A DNA stretch of 64,000 bases from Eledone cirrhosa. Taxonomy: Eukaryota. The DNA is taken from positions 86,862,001 through 86,926,000 of the forward strand of contig OZ024741.1 in NCBI GenBank assembly GCA_964016885.1. The letters are read 5' to 3'. The notes below the pieces were generated by a model, which worked only from the letters and a program-made list of their open reading frames with translations, did no database searches and was not told where the DNA came from. Shown here one piece after another: positions 13,101 through 26,421 of this stretch. The translations under genes and the position numbers were made by a program. The stretch's first letter is position 1; the number at the start of each line of letters is the position of its first letter.

Positions 13101-14606
13101 TGAACCGGGCCAAGTCCATCGGTTTGTAACTCGGATCGTGGAGAGGCAGACCGATGCCTTCCGATGGCGTCGTCGGACGCTGGACGGAAGGACCAGTAAA
13201 GCTGCTCGGGGTCTGGTTTGGTCCGGACCTCCAGGTGGAGAAGAACTGGAACGAGGTGTCCGCCAAGGTATTTGCACTCACCCAGAAGTGGGCGGAGTGC
13301 AAACTATCCTTGAAAGGTCGAGCGGAGGTGGCGAACACTTTTATAGCGTCCGCCATCTACTACCGCTTGACCATCGTGCCTTGTCCAGCCAAAACGCTCG
13401 CCAAAATGGAGCGCGCGCTCTTCCAATTCCTTTGGAAGAGGCAGGCTCCTTTGGTGAGAAGATCCATCTGCTGCCAATGCCCTTCCAACGGAGGGCTGAG
13501 GATGCCGTGGCTGACGATATGCAAACACGCGCTCAGGCTGCGGCATCTCTACGTATTCCTCACCGGACAACCGGTGTGGGCCCCGTTCATGAGGCGAGCC
13601 TTCCCACGACTCGTCTCGCTGACCGAGCTGCAGTCCTGGGTCAAGCAAAGACCGAGGAAAATGGGCGACTGGCACATCGAATGTGCTCAGGCGCTCACAG
13701 CCCTCTGGCAGGCGGACCCGGCGATCAGTGGAGACTCCACTTCGTCATTCTATAGAGGGTTGATCCGCAGCAAGTGCGACGACGCACTCGGTGAAACTCT
13801 GGGCGTAGAGGAAGACGAACTGGCCAGTCTGTTCGGTAGAACATTCCGCCCGGGACCGATGGACAACTTCCAAAAGTCCCTGGCCTGGCAGTGCTACCGA
13901 GGAGCTCTACCAGTTCGAGACAAGCTCTACAGACATGGGCGCCCGTGCAGGGACCCTGCAAAAAAGATCTGTCTGAGGTGCGTGCTAGACAAAGAAACCG
14001 TCGCGCACGCATTCATACACCTGTGGGGCTATGTAGAACGACTATTATCGCGGGTGGGACCAATCCGGTTGACCACCGAGTCCATTGTCATGATCAAACC
14101 GCCACCCTCCTTCAAAAAACGAAGGAGAGGCGGTTTTAATTTGTGTGATAGCTATGGCGAAAGAGGTTGTATGGTGGACAAGGTTGAAAGGGCTGAGGTC
14201 AGACACCTTTCTCTCCGGCCAACAACTGATTCTTTTTTTCAAATACCACTTTGGAAGAAGAATCAGGATGAAGAGAGAGGTGCTAACCCAGCAAGTTTTA
14301 TGAAAGGTGGGTGAAAGTGGCGAGAATGGCCCGAGTGAATGGGCCTTCTCTCTATATCAGCCTGTAGGTTGAGGAAAAAGAGGAGGAGAGGAAAGGAGTA
14401 CAAACTCTTCGTACTCCTGGAGATGAGGGTTGCACATTTTTTTCGGGGCTATGTGTTACCCATATGTAATGTCTCCCCCTATTGGGGAAAATCGATTAAT
14501 TTTTAAATTGCATCTGTGATAACATTTTACACGTTTTTATTGTATGTAAACTTCCCCCTTTGTATTTGTCCCCTTCTTTTGTGCCCCTGTGGCTAATAAA
14601 GAAACA
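10122..14606 (+). mobile_element. Tx1/L1-clade non-LTR retrotransposon (ORF1 remnant + APE-RT ORF2), frameshifted
   Basis: APE motifs: GCVNVRGL, ICESR, LVGDWN, SYLDRVLV. RT motifs: PGYWKLN, SPGLDGLP, FRPITLLN, LDQSKDFDRV, YADD. Also a C-terminal Cys/His remnant and a 3' AATAAA. Confidence 0.93.
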
Positions 14607-14965
14607 TATCTATCTATCTAAAGAAATCTATCTATCTCTTTATCTATCTATCTGTTTACCTATCTACCTATCTTTATCTATCTATCTGTTTACCTATCTA
14701 CCTATCTTTATCTATCTATCTATCTATCTATCTACCTATCTATCTATCTATCTACCTATCTATCTAAATATCTATCTATCTATCTCTTTATCTATCTATC
14801 TATCTGTTTACCTATCTACCTATCTTTATCTATCTATCTATCTGTTTACCTATCTACCTATCTTTATCTATCTATCTATCTGTTTACCTATCTACCTATC
14901 TTTATCAATGTATCACTCTGTCTATCCCTATCAATGTAACTATTCTATTCTATATCCTATCTATA
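14607..14965. repeat. Degenerate (TATC)n array at the LINE 3' end
   Basis: Seen directly. Confidence 0.9.
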
Positions 14966-15509
14966 ACTAGTTTCCTCTTTGTGTCAACTAACCGGCTGTC
15001 CCAGTTATTGCTTCCATTTATACGTGTCTAACTTTAAAAGACGGACACGAAATGCAAAAAGGAGTCTATCAAATTTCTTAACTTTTTTACTGTGACTCAT
15101 AACAACGCAGCTATCCATTCATTTATCCATTCATTCATCCATTCATTCACAGATTTATAATATATTTGAATCATCTACGATTCATTGGCTGGACTATTTC
15201 TTAAATCAATTGAATGCATGTACATTTATATAAGGGTTGGGGTTGTGTATTTAATGTATTTAATGTATATACACCCTTCTGCATCAAAAACGTTTTTATG
15301 TATATATTTTTTTCTTTACGCTGTATGGTTTAACTAATAGCTGGGTTTGTCATTCAGCCATTCCGATCAGCAGATCCTGATGTAATCGTAAAAAGCACCT
15401 AACGTTTCGTGTATTTCCATTATAGATGTGGTATCTCGTGGATGGTTCAATGAAAAACATAAGAAGGTCGGATTCCAATAACTTCCTTTATTATTACATA
15501 ATACATATT

Positions 15510-18500
15510 TTAAGTTGTCCAGAAATGCTCATGGTTGGCTATTCAGACCACAAGTTAGTGACCTGCATGGTCAACCTTGACAGAACGCATAGACAGGGAC
15601 CCGGTTACTGGAAGCTCAACTTGTCCTTACCGGCAAGTAAAGCTTACAGGGACCGGATTAGCACTTTAGTTAAGGAGCGGTTGACGGGCGCCATCGTCAA
15701 CAGCAGGTGGTGGGGATCTCTCAAAAGAGAGATTAGAGTAGTCTCTATAGAATTTAGTAAGGAGTTAGCCTCAATTAGAAATAGGGAGTTGGTAGATAGT
15801 GTAGAAGAGGCAATTAGAAGCGGCGATGTGGCCAGAGTGCTAGCGTCGAGAACGGCCCTGGGCCAGTTCTTCGACGCGAAACACGAAGGCTGCATCGTCC
15901 GAAGCAAAATACGTGCTCTGGGAAACGAGGGGACCAAAACTGTTAGCTCGGCCCGCGTGACAGAAGCCAAAAGAGGGAGTAGATCCACTATCCGGTCTTT
16001 GCGAGACCAGGATGGACGGGTGATCCTTGAACCTAAGCAGATGTACGAGGCTTTTCAAAAGCACTTTGCCAGATTGTTCGGGAGGGGCGGGGAGCCGGTT
16101 GAGAAAGTGGACTTCGGTCCATACCTCGATGGCCTGCTGCGTCTCTCGGACAGGGAGGCGAAGTCCTGCGAGGAGCCGATTTCAGCCGCTGAGATAGAGG
16201 ACGTGCTGAGCCAATGCGGCAAACGCAAATCCCCGGGTCTCGATGGTCTTCCATACGAACTATATCTAGCTATGCCGGACTTGTTCCCCGATCTCCTCGA
16301 GGCGGTCTACTGCAACTGGCAACAGAACGGGAGAATTCCCTGTGCTGTGACCAAGGGCGTAGTCACGCTAGTGAGGAAGGACGAGAACAAGGGGGACGAT
16401 ATAAATAATTTCAGGCCCATAACTCTGCTAAATACAGAGTTACAGATTTTGGCCAAGGTGCTAACAAAGAGGTTGGCGCTTGTCGTGGGCAACCTGGTGG
16501 GAGATGCGCAGACATGTGCTATCCCGTCCAGGTCCATCCACGACAACCTCCACCTTATGCGATACATCATAGAGAGGGTTGGGAACGAACCCGGCTTTGG
16601 TGGGGCCCTGATCAACTTGGATCAATCTAAGGCGTTCGATAGGGTCGACCATGGTTACCTGGATGCGGTGCTAGCGGCGGCAGGCTTCGGACCCGTTTTC
16701 AGGGGCTGGATCAATGCCATGCACAGCAGCCGCATCTGCTCTAGGGTCAAGGTGAACGGCTACCTCTCGGAGCCGTTCGAAATCGCGCGGTCCATCCGAC
16801 AAGGGTGCCCTCTCTCCTCCCTTCTGTATGTAATGACTCTAGAGCCACTGCTGCGGAAGTTGGAGTTGCTGCAGGGCATCCCGTTGGAACCGGGATTGCG
16901 GAAAGCGGTGTCGGCCTACGCCGATGACGTAACAGTAATGGTGTCGACGGCCTCGGAAATCGGGGCGATCGGCACCTTACTGGAGGAGTACGAAAGGTTT
17001 ACAGGGACTAAGCTGAACCGGGACAAGTCGATCGGTCTGAAACTCGGCACGTGGAGGGGCAGATCGATGCCCTCCGATGGCGTCGTCGGGCGCTGGATGG
17101 AGGGCCCGGTGAAGTTGCTCGGGGTCTGGTCGGACCAGACCTCCAAGTGGAGAAGAACTGGGGTGAGGTAACGAATAGGGTGTTTGCACTGACCCAGAAG
17201 TGGGCCGAGTGCAAACTGTCCCTGAAAGGTCGGGCGGAGGTGGCGAACACTTATATAGCGTCCGTCATCTACTACCGCCTGACCGTTGTGCCTTTCCCAA
17301 GGGAGGGAAACGCTCGCCAAAATGGAGCGCGCACTCTTCCAATTCCTTTGGAAGAAGCGGGCTCCTATGGGGAGGAGATCCATCTGCTGTCAACACCCTT
17401 CGAAAGGAGGGCTGGGGATGCCGTGGCTAATGATACGTAAACGCGCATTAAGGCTACGGCACATCCAGGTATTCCTCACCGGTCAACCGGTGTGGGCCCC
17501 GTTTGTGAGGCGAGCCTTTCCCAGACTCGTCTCGCTCACCGAGCTGCAATCCTGGGTCAAGCAAAGACCGAGAAAACTGGGCGCCTGGCACACCGAGTGT
17601 GCCCAGGCGCTAACGGATCTCTGGCAGGCGGACCCGGCTGTCAGTGGAGAATCCACCTCGTCATTCTATAGAGGGCTGGTGGTTAGCAGGTGCGACGACG
17701 CCCTCGGAGAAGCCCTAGGCATGGAGGAAGACGAACTGGCCAACCTGTTCGGTAGGACATTCAGCCCGGGACCCATGGATAACTTCCAGAGATCCCTCGC
17801 CTGGCAGTGCTACCGAGGGGCTCTGCCCGTTCGAGAAAGGCTCTACAGACACGGGCGCCCGGGTAGGGACCCTCGAAAAAGATCTGTCCCAGATGCGTGT
17901 GCGACGAGGAAACCGTTGCACACGCATTGGTACACTGCTCGGGCATTGCCGATCTGTGGGGCTATGTCGAACAACTGCTGTCAAGGGTGGGATCGATCCG
18001 GTTGACCACCGAGTCTATTGTAACGATCAAGCTGCCTCCCATCTTCAAAAACGAAGGAGAGGCGGTGTTTCTGTGCGTAATAGCCATGACGAAAGAGGTT
18101 GTATGGTGGACGCGTCTGAAAGGACTGAGGTCAGACACCCTTCTCTCTGGCCAACGACTGGTCCGTTTCTTCCGATATCATTTAGGAAGAAGGATCAGGA
18201 TGGAGAGAGAGGTGCTGCACCCCAGCTGTTTTTATGAAAGATGGGTGAAAGTGGCGAGAATGGCCCGTGTGAATGGGCCTTCACTCTACATCAGACTATA
18301 GGTGAGGAAGATGAAAGATTAAGGGAGCACCCCCTCTCTGTGCTCCTGAGGAGAAGGGTTGCACACTTATTTTCGGGGGTGTGTGCGACCCCCCAAGGCG
18401 CCTCCTCCCTATTGAGGATTTTGTTATTAAATTTATTTTTGTTATATTTTATTTTATTTTTATATCTTGTTATCGCCTCCTCCTTATTGAGGACGCCTTT

Positions 18501-18566
18501 TTATGTAAACTCCCCTCATTGTACTTGTCCCACTTTTTGATGCCCTGGTGGCAAATAAAAAGAAAG

Positions 18567-18567
<1 letters not shown>
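15510..18567 (+). mobile_element. Second Tx1/L1-clade LINE, 5'-truncated, related subfamily
   Basis: The long frame has PGYWKLN, LDQSKAFDRV, RQGCPLS and YADD. It has a zinc knuckle (CDEETVAHALVHC) and AATAAA followed by (TATC)n. Confidence 0.93.
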
Positions 18568-18630
<63 letters not shown>

Positions 18631-18640
18631 ATATCTATCT
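18568..18640. repeat. (TATC)n at the LINE 3' end
   Basis: Seen directly. Confidence 0.9.
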
Positions 18641-18716
18641 CAGTCTGTCGGTCTCTCTTACTGTCTGTCTATCTGTCTGCGATCTGTTTTTCCATATTCA
18701 CACACACACACGTGCG

Positions 18717-18796
<80 letters not shown>

Positions 18797-19086
18797 TTAC
18801 ACACACACACACATATATATACACACACACGCACACACACATATATATATGTGTCTGATGGTAGCTACAATGCTTCCATAGGCGGTATGCCGGTTGAGCA
18901 CTCTATGCTCTTACAGAGCTGAGTATGATAGAATATAAAACGAAAAATCAGTGATGCATCTGAACTCAATATATATACTGTATATAAGAGAAGACGTTTA
19001 ATTTGGTTGTCTTCTGACGGGAGGGGGATAAACCATTATCGACTTTATTAAAAGGAATAAAATTATTAAGAGGAATAAAAAATATA

Positions 19087-19157
<71 letters not shown>

Positions 19158-19236
19158 AGTTTCAGAAGATCCCGTTAAGGGTGAAAGCAGCGATTCTTTG
19201 TTTAAACTTTAATCTGTTATTTTAATAAATAAATAA

Positions 19237-19309
<73 letters not shown>

Positions 19310-19311
<2 letters not shown>

Positions 19312-19464
19312 TTTCAAAAGTGGAATTGAGATGGACAGTTTGTGGTTTTTAAACCCTCCATCTCAATTCTACTTTTGAAAAGCACAAGAACTGCGAAACC
19401 GGTAAAGGAACCAAATAAATATTTAAAAAAAGACTCCAGTTGCATTTTCGATTTCATCTTTTTT

Positions 19465-19470
<6 letters not shown>
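19310..19470 (+). repeat. Short dispersed repeat with an inverted 5' part, embedded in (TA)n; a related inverted copy is at about 55470-55630
   Basis: ccatctcaattctacttttgaaaagc...gcgaaaccggtaaaggaaccaaataaata is shared with the reverse complement of 55548-55615. Confidence 0.7.
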
Positions 19471-19516
<46 letters not shown>

Positions 19517-19889
19517 TGTCAAGATGTAGATAATTCGCGTTGCTTTCTCTTCAACAATTTTTTTTTCTTTTTATAGTATCTCTTCCCCATTCTTTCCCGA
19601 TTTTCTGAAGAATGGCGTAACACAAAAGAAATGATCAAATTCAATTAGTTTATATGGGTTAAACTGCCCAAGCGTGGCACTGCTGTCTATGAGACTTCGT
19701 TGGTATATAAAGTCATGAAGAAACTAAGCTTGATTTGTGGAGTAGGAGCGTTTTACTCTGGTGACTACTATAAAGGAAGTGCGGGTGTTTGGGCAGGAGT
19801 GAGAATGGGGCTTAGTCCAGGTACAGGCCGTTGCACGGGCTTAAATGCCGAGGGGTTCAGGTTCCCGCGCTTGGTAGGTGTGGATCATT

Positions 19890-20830
19890 AGGTGGTCATT
19901 TGTTAGTTTGAGGCATAGGTGTGATTTTTGTATGCGGATTTTTGTATGCAGATTTTTTATTTATTATGTTTTCTTGTCGAACAGTATGTAAAGTGCTTCG
20001 GTTGAGTGTAAGTTGCTGGGGTCTCTTCCTCCTGAGTAGGATAGGACCCTGGTGATGGTAGTCCAGCGTAATTGGTAGGTTATTCCAGTTTCGCATAACC
20101 GCCAGAGGTGGGTGGAGAGGCTTGTTGCATGCTTTTGTCTGGATTTCGGAAGCAATATTTGTGCTGCGTGAACTGGGAGTTGAAGGCGCTAGCCGTCATA
20201 CCTATGAATACTTTTCTCTGCGTGCTGGTGGTGACCTCACATTTGTATACTACATTGGTAGTTAAGCAATTGGAGTCCAGAGGGCACTCTTCCCGTTGAC
20301 GGCAGTTGCAGTATTGTTCTATTGTCGGGCTGGTTAGGCCGTGGGATTTGTGTCTGCTGGGTTTGGTTTTGTTGGATGCAGCGATACTTTGTGCTATATT
20401 TGATATTATTGAGTTGAATAACTTCACGGTGTTTTTTTTTTTTATTAAGAATTCAGTGGTACCGGTGTAATGGTGGGAAGTGTATCCGGATGATCCCGAA
20501 GAAGATTCGAGCGAGGGGTGGTGCCACTGCCACATTGTGGAGTGTACGGGGTGGGTTGTACTACGTAACCATATATTTCCTGTTCCGGCGGTGGTTGCGT
20601 GCACCTTGGGGGTCCGACGAATTCTATGTCTTGGTTAAATCCGCTACGACAGAGGGCGACGTTGTAATAGGGCGTATGCTCATGGAAGATCTGCTCGGTC
20701 GCGGACAGCCAGGAGATACGGATGGAGACGTTTTTAGTCAGGTTATTAGTAATGGAACGGAGGTGGTTGGAGTTCCTGTTGATATATTGGAGGGTCTCGT
20801 TGGGTTTCCTATACGGATAGTATAGTCCGG
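19890..20830 (-). mobile_element. Naiad-type Penelope-like element, degenerate 3' fragment
   Basis: CNCRQREECPLDSNCLTTNVVYKCEV...VFIGMT...F gives a CxCx5Cx5C zinc motif plus GIY-YIG, similar to the 51896 ORF. Confidence 0.85.
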
Positions 20831-20996
20831 ATTCGAGGATCAGTGTGACATCAGTGTGACATCGAAGTCCACTGAATTCAAGTGATGCTGGATGTTAATC
20901 CAAGGTCGGTAAAGAAGTCCAGATCCTTTCTGGTTCGGTCGGTTGAACGGCGGCTGAAGTTGTGGAGGGTGAGCAGGCCGTCGTCGCGATACAAGC

Positions 20997-21101
<105 letters not shown>

Positions 21102-21399
21102 GGAGTTTTCAAACGGCATTTATTATAATACTTTACAGCTGTTTCTATGCGTAAGCTCTCTATTTTCCTGTTTTTGGAAAAAAATTCTTAATCGAACTTA
21201 AACAGTTTTTTCTGCTTACGTCCAATCTGTCGCTATACTTCACCAAGGAATTTTTTTCCCTAACAGGAAAATAAGCGAGTGTTTTATGGACAGAATCAAC
21301 TGTAAAGGATTTTAATAAAAGCTGTTTGAAAACTCAATTGTCTTTTGTTGATTATGATCTCCGTAAAAGAATCTCGCGTAAAAACTCGGATCTAATAAG

Positions 21400-21684
21400 G
21401 ATAAATATTCCAGTTGTTACGATCAATAGAACAGCTTGCCCGTGAAATTAACGTGAATGTGGCTGAGCATTTCACAAACTCGACTACCCTTAACAAATTT
21501 TTCAGGGAGTGTCTGTGTGATTCAGAATGTGACAAGGCTGGCGTTTTGAATTACAGGTACAACTAATTTTTGCCAGCTGAGTGGACAGGAGCAACGCGAA
21601 ACAAATTGTGTTGCTCAAGAGCACAACACGCCGCCGGGAATCGATCGTGAGCCGAATACCCTAACAACCACCCCACGCGCCTTC
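21400..21684 (-). mobile_element. tRNA-derived SINE, second family (CORE-like central region)
   Basis: The minus strand starts gaaggcgcgtgg and contains gtgctcttgagcaa...cgttgctcc, matching 45887-45992. Confidence 0.7.
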
Positions 21685-21784
21685 ACACACACACACACAC
21701 ACATATATATACTTGCAACATAACACACAATTATATCCTGTCATATATAATATAATGAAGTTAATCTTATTCTAATCTTTTCAG

Positions 21785-21888
21785 AACCAAGTGGATCGCA
21801 GAATATTTGGACATTCCAGTGGAGAATTCTGGCGGCTTCCATATCCATTATTTTCTCTTTGATGATGTCTTGGAACACTTTGTTTTAA
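21785..21888 (+). CDS. Terminal coding exon (GPI-signal-like tail) of a paralogous cholinesterase-like gene; upstream exons not found in the window
   Basis: A ttttcAG acceptor precedes phase-1 (E)PSGSQNIWTFQWRILAASISIIFSLMMSWNTLF*. It is a close paralogue of 35852-35749, with homologous intron flank and 3'UTR including AATAAA. Confidence 0.75.
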
Positions 21889-22638
21889 TAAGAACTGCGT
21901 TAACTGTATCACTCACATTTTTTAACTTGACAGGATAATCTAATTAATAAAATCATTATGTTATGCTACGCATTTTATATGTACTAATTGGCTCACCCGA
22001 AATAAGGGCTCAATGATTTTCCTGCTCAAAGAATCAGTGTAAGCCCATCTTTTCCAGAGCATCTGGATATGAGAAAATGGCAAAGAGGTAATTTTATTTT
22101 ATAAAAAAGCTGAGCACGTGAAACTCTACAGTGTTCTTAATGAGCTATATGTAAGTTTATGTAAAAATGAATTCCGTTATTTATTTTTATTGTTCAACGA
22201 ATTATACAAATTTCAACTATAATAAAGTTATGTAAAACAAACTGAATTTAACATACGTGTAAAGTAACGTTATAAATGCACAAATATTGAAAAATAAACA
22301 TTTATTTATTTGAAATATGTCATAGAATACACATATATACAAAGCCATTGTCTACTGGAAAAGTATATGGAAGCTGTTGAAGCTTGCCTTTAGAATCACT
22401 TATGGGGCTGCTAGAAAATTGTCCATTGATCTCAACCGTGATGTGGACAATGAGGGATTACCTTAATAATTTTTGTTCCAGAATAAAAATAAGAAAAAAA
22501 TTGAACGTACATAATAATATAATAATTTTCCAGTTTCTATAATGTTCCTTTTAAACAACTAAATACATTTTAGAAAATCTCTCGCAGAAATTATAAAGTT
22601 ACCTTTTTATATTTGAAAACGAATTTCTTTATATCAAT

Positions 22639-23198
22639 ATACGTGCATATATATATGTGTGCATATATGTATATATATACATACTACTGTACGTCTGTAT
22701 ACATATATGTATGTACGTATACATACATACATACTTACATTTAAGTAAGTGCCGTACTAAGAGTGAGAAATGAAATTTCGTTTCATTCTATTCCATTTAT
22801 CGTTTTCGGTGCGCCCGGCCGACTGAACTCACTCGATATGTAAATTAGGCTGCTCAGCCGTTAATATGCATAAGGAAAGTATATACTTTCAGACGTTCAA
22901 CCATCTGGCAGGAAGGTATACGATGCTGACGATAGCTAATAAGCTTGAAACTAGTACATCGTTCCTGTGTCAGTGTTGAACAAAAAGGTGACGTGGTTGC
23001 CTAAACACTGTACGGCGTAATTCGGGCTGTTTGTTTGTTTACAAACAAACAAACCGAGCATTATAATAAATGTTCGGGAAATCGATACGTGCATATATAT
23101 ATGTGTGTGCATGTATGTATATATATATACATACTACTGTACGTCTGTATACATATATGTATGTACGTATACATACATACATACATACTTACATTTAA
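22639..23198 (+). mobile_element. Retrozyme-like unit: about 446-bp period with about 110-bp terminal direct repeat around a hammerhead
   Basis: 22639-22744 matches 23085-23198. It contains the HHR at 22920-22962 and no ORF. Confidence 0.55.
22920..22962 (+). ncRNA. Type I hammerhead ribozyme (minimal)
   Basis: ACGATG-CTGACGA-tAGCT aata AGCTt-GAA-ACTAGT-A-CATCGT: 6-bp stem I, canonical core, palindromic stem III, predicted GUA cleavage after 22956. Confidence 0.88.
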
Positions 23199-23214
23199 AT
23201 ATATATATATATAT

Positions 23215-25950
23215 ATAATAAATCAAGAAAGAAGAGTGACATGGTTTGCTATACAATAAGGGCTTTATTCACATTGCTGACAATTGTTTCTCTGAACTGG
23301 TAGGTCTAGAGATCGCTACCCGCCTGCTTTTGCGTCAATCGATCACCAATACTTTGTTATAACCAGTAAGTTCACCAGAGCGTGCGAGAATGAAGGGAAT
23401 ACACAGGCATGCCTTCTATATATAGTAGTCGCATTAAATCAGAACAATAATAATACCAACAATACTAGCAATACTACAATAAATTAGCTAGACCGTAAAT
23501 ATTTAAAATAATCACAACATCAATCTAAGTAGGACATAGAGTATACTGATGACTTTAGCATGTAAAACGAGCTGATACGAAGCAGATGTATGAAATTGAC
23601 ATGTAAAAGCTGTCATGGGGTGTATTATATAAAGTGTAGAGATAACCTGGGGCTTGAAACAATGGACCATTTACTTTACTGTAGGTTTGCTGACCGTAAG
23701 GATTATTTATTATCTGACAGATAAAATATTTTCATTGTAGTGAGGATGGCAATTTTTATGCGGTGTAAAGCGGATTGATTATTTAAGTGGTCATATTAGA
23801 TGAAGGGATTGTTAGTTCGAATCATGGGGTTGTTTAGCTTTCACAGCATTAATAACACATCATGTATGGATAAGACAACAATAATAATAATAATAATAAT
23901 AACAACAATATAGTAAGTAAGTTAATACAGAGGTTAAGAAGCAAGGTATATATAGAGAGAACATAATGACTACAATTACGGATACATTGGGGTGGTCATT
24001 ATAACAGGGGGAAGGTGATATTTCAAGGACTGTGGTAGTAGTCAAATAATGTACTTGGAATTAAGTTCATCTGTTGAGAATCAAGTGTGAGGAATTTGTG
24101 TTGACAGCAGCCGAGAAGAGATATATTTATGGGTTGATAAGATATTTGTAGACATTACTGCGGTATAGAATTAAGGAGGCTAGAAGCTGCTTAAAGAATA
24201 TTATAGTTCTGTGGTGGTCTGTGTGAGAGTGCGGATTTCATATGTTGAATGCTAAGTTATGTTGGTTCAAATCACGGTGGCTTAAATCTTGTGAATTTAG
24301 TAGCGATCCTGTGTCTGCAGAAAATTGACCTTTCTATCTTCTTGTTGAGTAGTCTTTTATCGTTCCTAAGGATATACAGTAATTCAAGGTCGCAGAGCCT
24401 ACAATAGGAAAAACCGGTACTATATGCCCTTGCGGTCGACAACCTCGACCAGTTGATATTGTAGTCGATGTTTTTGTCCTTAAGTTCCCAGATTTTTTAG
24501 GCGAGGGTTGTAGAACCCATTAGTGCACGGTTCTTCATCGAATGTCTGTGCACACACCATCTTTTTTTTAAAAGTATCCAATGTAATGCCAAGTGGAGTT
24601 GCCCGAGTTCACCGTACACATGTACACTAAGCTCGAATCAAGGCACCTGTTCGCCAATGGGCACCTATCTGGTAGGTGACAATTGCAGTTTGAGGTGTTA
24701 TTCCGTGCAACTTCCACATTGCTGTTTTGTACACTTCTATAAGTGGGTTGTGATTCGTGCCCGTTGAGGTTTTGCTGCGGCGCGTTCGTATGCGTTTGCG
24801 GTTGAGATATTGTGATGTATTTATGTTTAGAATTTGGCGCTATGTTGCGCATAGGTGGGGCGGTCTCCCTAGAGGTATTTTCTGTGGTTGATCTTGCGTA
24901 TGTGGGATTCTATATTTGCAGCCGTAGAGTATGAGAGTTTTATAGTTTTTCTATTGAGGATTTTATGATATCTATGTGATATAGGGAAGTGTTTATCTAT
25001 TAGTTTAAAAAACGTAGAAGGCAGTTTAGTTTTTACAGAGGAGTTGAAGATTGGATTAAACCACAGGTATTTTCTTTCTCTAATTCTTCTATGGTTTCTA
25101 GGGTTTACATTATTCGTGTTTGGACCACCTACTCTAGGTGCTATTTGCCTACCTCTATGTCTAGTTCTGTTACCTCTATTTTTGTGTGAGCGGTTGGTGT
25201 CACTGTTAGTGGGTTTGTTTGAGTTGTCCTTATCCGTTATAAATTGCAGCTTTTCTTTGTGTCCGGCCGTATGTAATGCCGCGTTATAATAGTTAGCAAG
25301 TTCATTAAACATTTCTAGGTTTGAGGATAATCGGGATATTCTAAGGGATATACTACGTGCTATGGATCTGATTAGGGATCGGGGAGGTTTGAATTATAAC
25401 TAATGTATGCCAGATTCTCATTATTTTTGTGGAAGGATTCTATTAATCCCGTATTTAGATTTAGGGTTACATCTAGAAAGTTTGCCTTTTTATGATTCAG
25501 TTCGTAGGTAATACTTAGGCCTAGTTTTTTGAAGAATGTTCTAATGTTTTTTCTTAATCTTTCTATGCTCTGGTTGTTTAAGTTCCTAGCTATAAGGAAC
25601 GTGTCATCTCTATAAATCCCTCCTTGGAGGTTACTGAATTCTTTATGTAGGTTGTGAGCTATAAATAACCCCACGACGTCAGTGATTTGCGCTGAATCGT
25701 TCGATCCCTTTGTGATATCGAAGCTGTTTATCCTATCTTTTCTTACCCAATAGCTATTTTCAAATTTTATGATAGTCTTTCTCGCAGCTAGTATTATTTC
25801 AATTTCATCAGGGGTAAGATCGGAGTTATTTTGGGCAAATATAAGCGCTTTATCTAGGGTGGCCGGGGATATGGACGCGTAGTAATCATTTATATCGAAT
25901 TGTATGAAGTCGCATGCTTCTCTATTTCTTATTTTACTGAACCATTCAAT
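23215..25950 (-). mobile_element. Naiad-type Penelope-like element, 5'-truncated, with long 3' region
   Basis: Motifs GGIYRDDTF, LWFNPIFN, IKLSYST and CNCHLPDRCPLANRCL...VYMC...YIG. An HHR-like motif lies near the 3' end, which abuts (TA)n. Confidence 0.88.
23276..23381 (-). ncRNA. Hammerhead-like motif with variant core and long stem II insert
   Basis: Minus strand: GCT-CTGGTGA-acttACTGGT..(about 60 nt)..ACCAGTtcaga-GAAACAATTGTC-AGC. Confidence 0.5.
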
Positions 25951-26039
25951 CTACAAAGAAGTTTTCTGGAGTTATTAATATTATTCAAATATTAATAAAT
26001 GGATACATTCACATAATCAAAATATATGTTTTATTATAC

Positions 26040-26235
26040 AAATATAAATTAGCGAGAATCGTATTTCAGCTCAGGAATTAACGAAAATCAACGTCCGATA
26101 TGTGTGGCAAGCGCTCGATGATTCATGTGAATCAGAGCTACAACATACGTTAAGGGCCAAACACACTGAGATGATGGTTAAACATATCATCCGCACAGCC
26201 AAAACAAACGACCAAGTAATTCGGGTCAAACAATA
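26040..26235. repeat. Dispersed non-coding repeat (other copies at 58490-58737 and, inverted, at 46683-46950)
   Basis: Shared aaatataaattagcgagaatcgtatttc...ggccaaacacactgaga...cgaccaagtaattcgggtcaaaca. Confidence 0.8.
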
Positions 26236-26324
26236 AAAATATATGTGTTTATTATATATATGTGCGTGGGAATCCTCAAACACACACACACACGCACGCA
26301 CGCGCACGCACGCGCACGCGCGCG

Positions 26325-26421
<97 letters not shown>

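Noticed and set aside
19600-19640. CTGAAGA...GAAA
   Set aside because: No stem II or stem I pairing.
23541-23595. CTGATGA with a nearby weak stem
   Set aside because: No GAAA-NUH in position, and it is antisense to the element.
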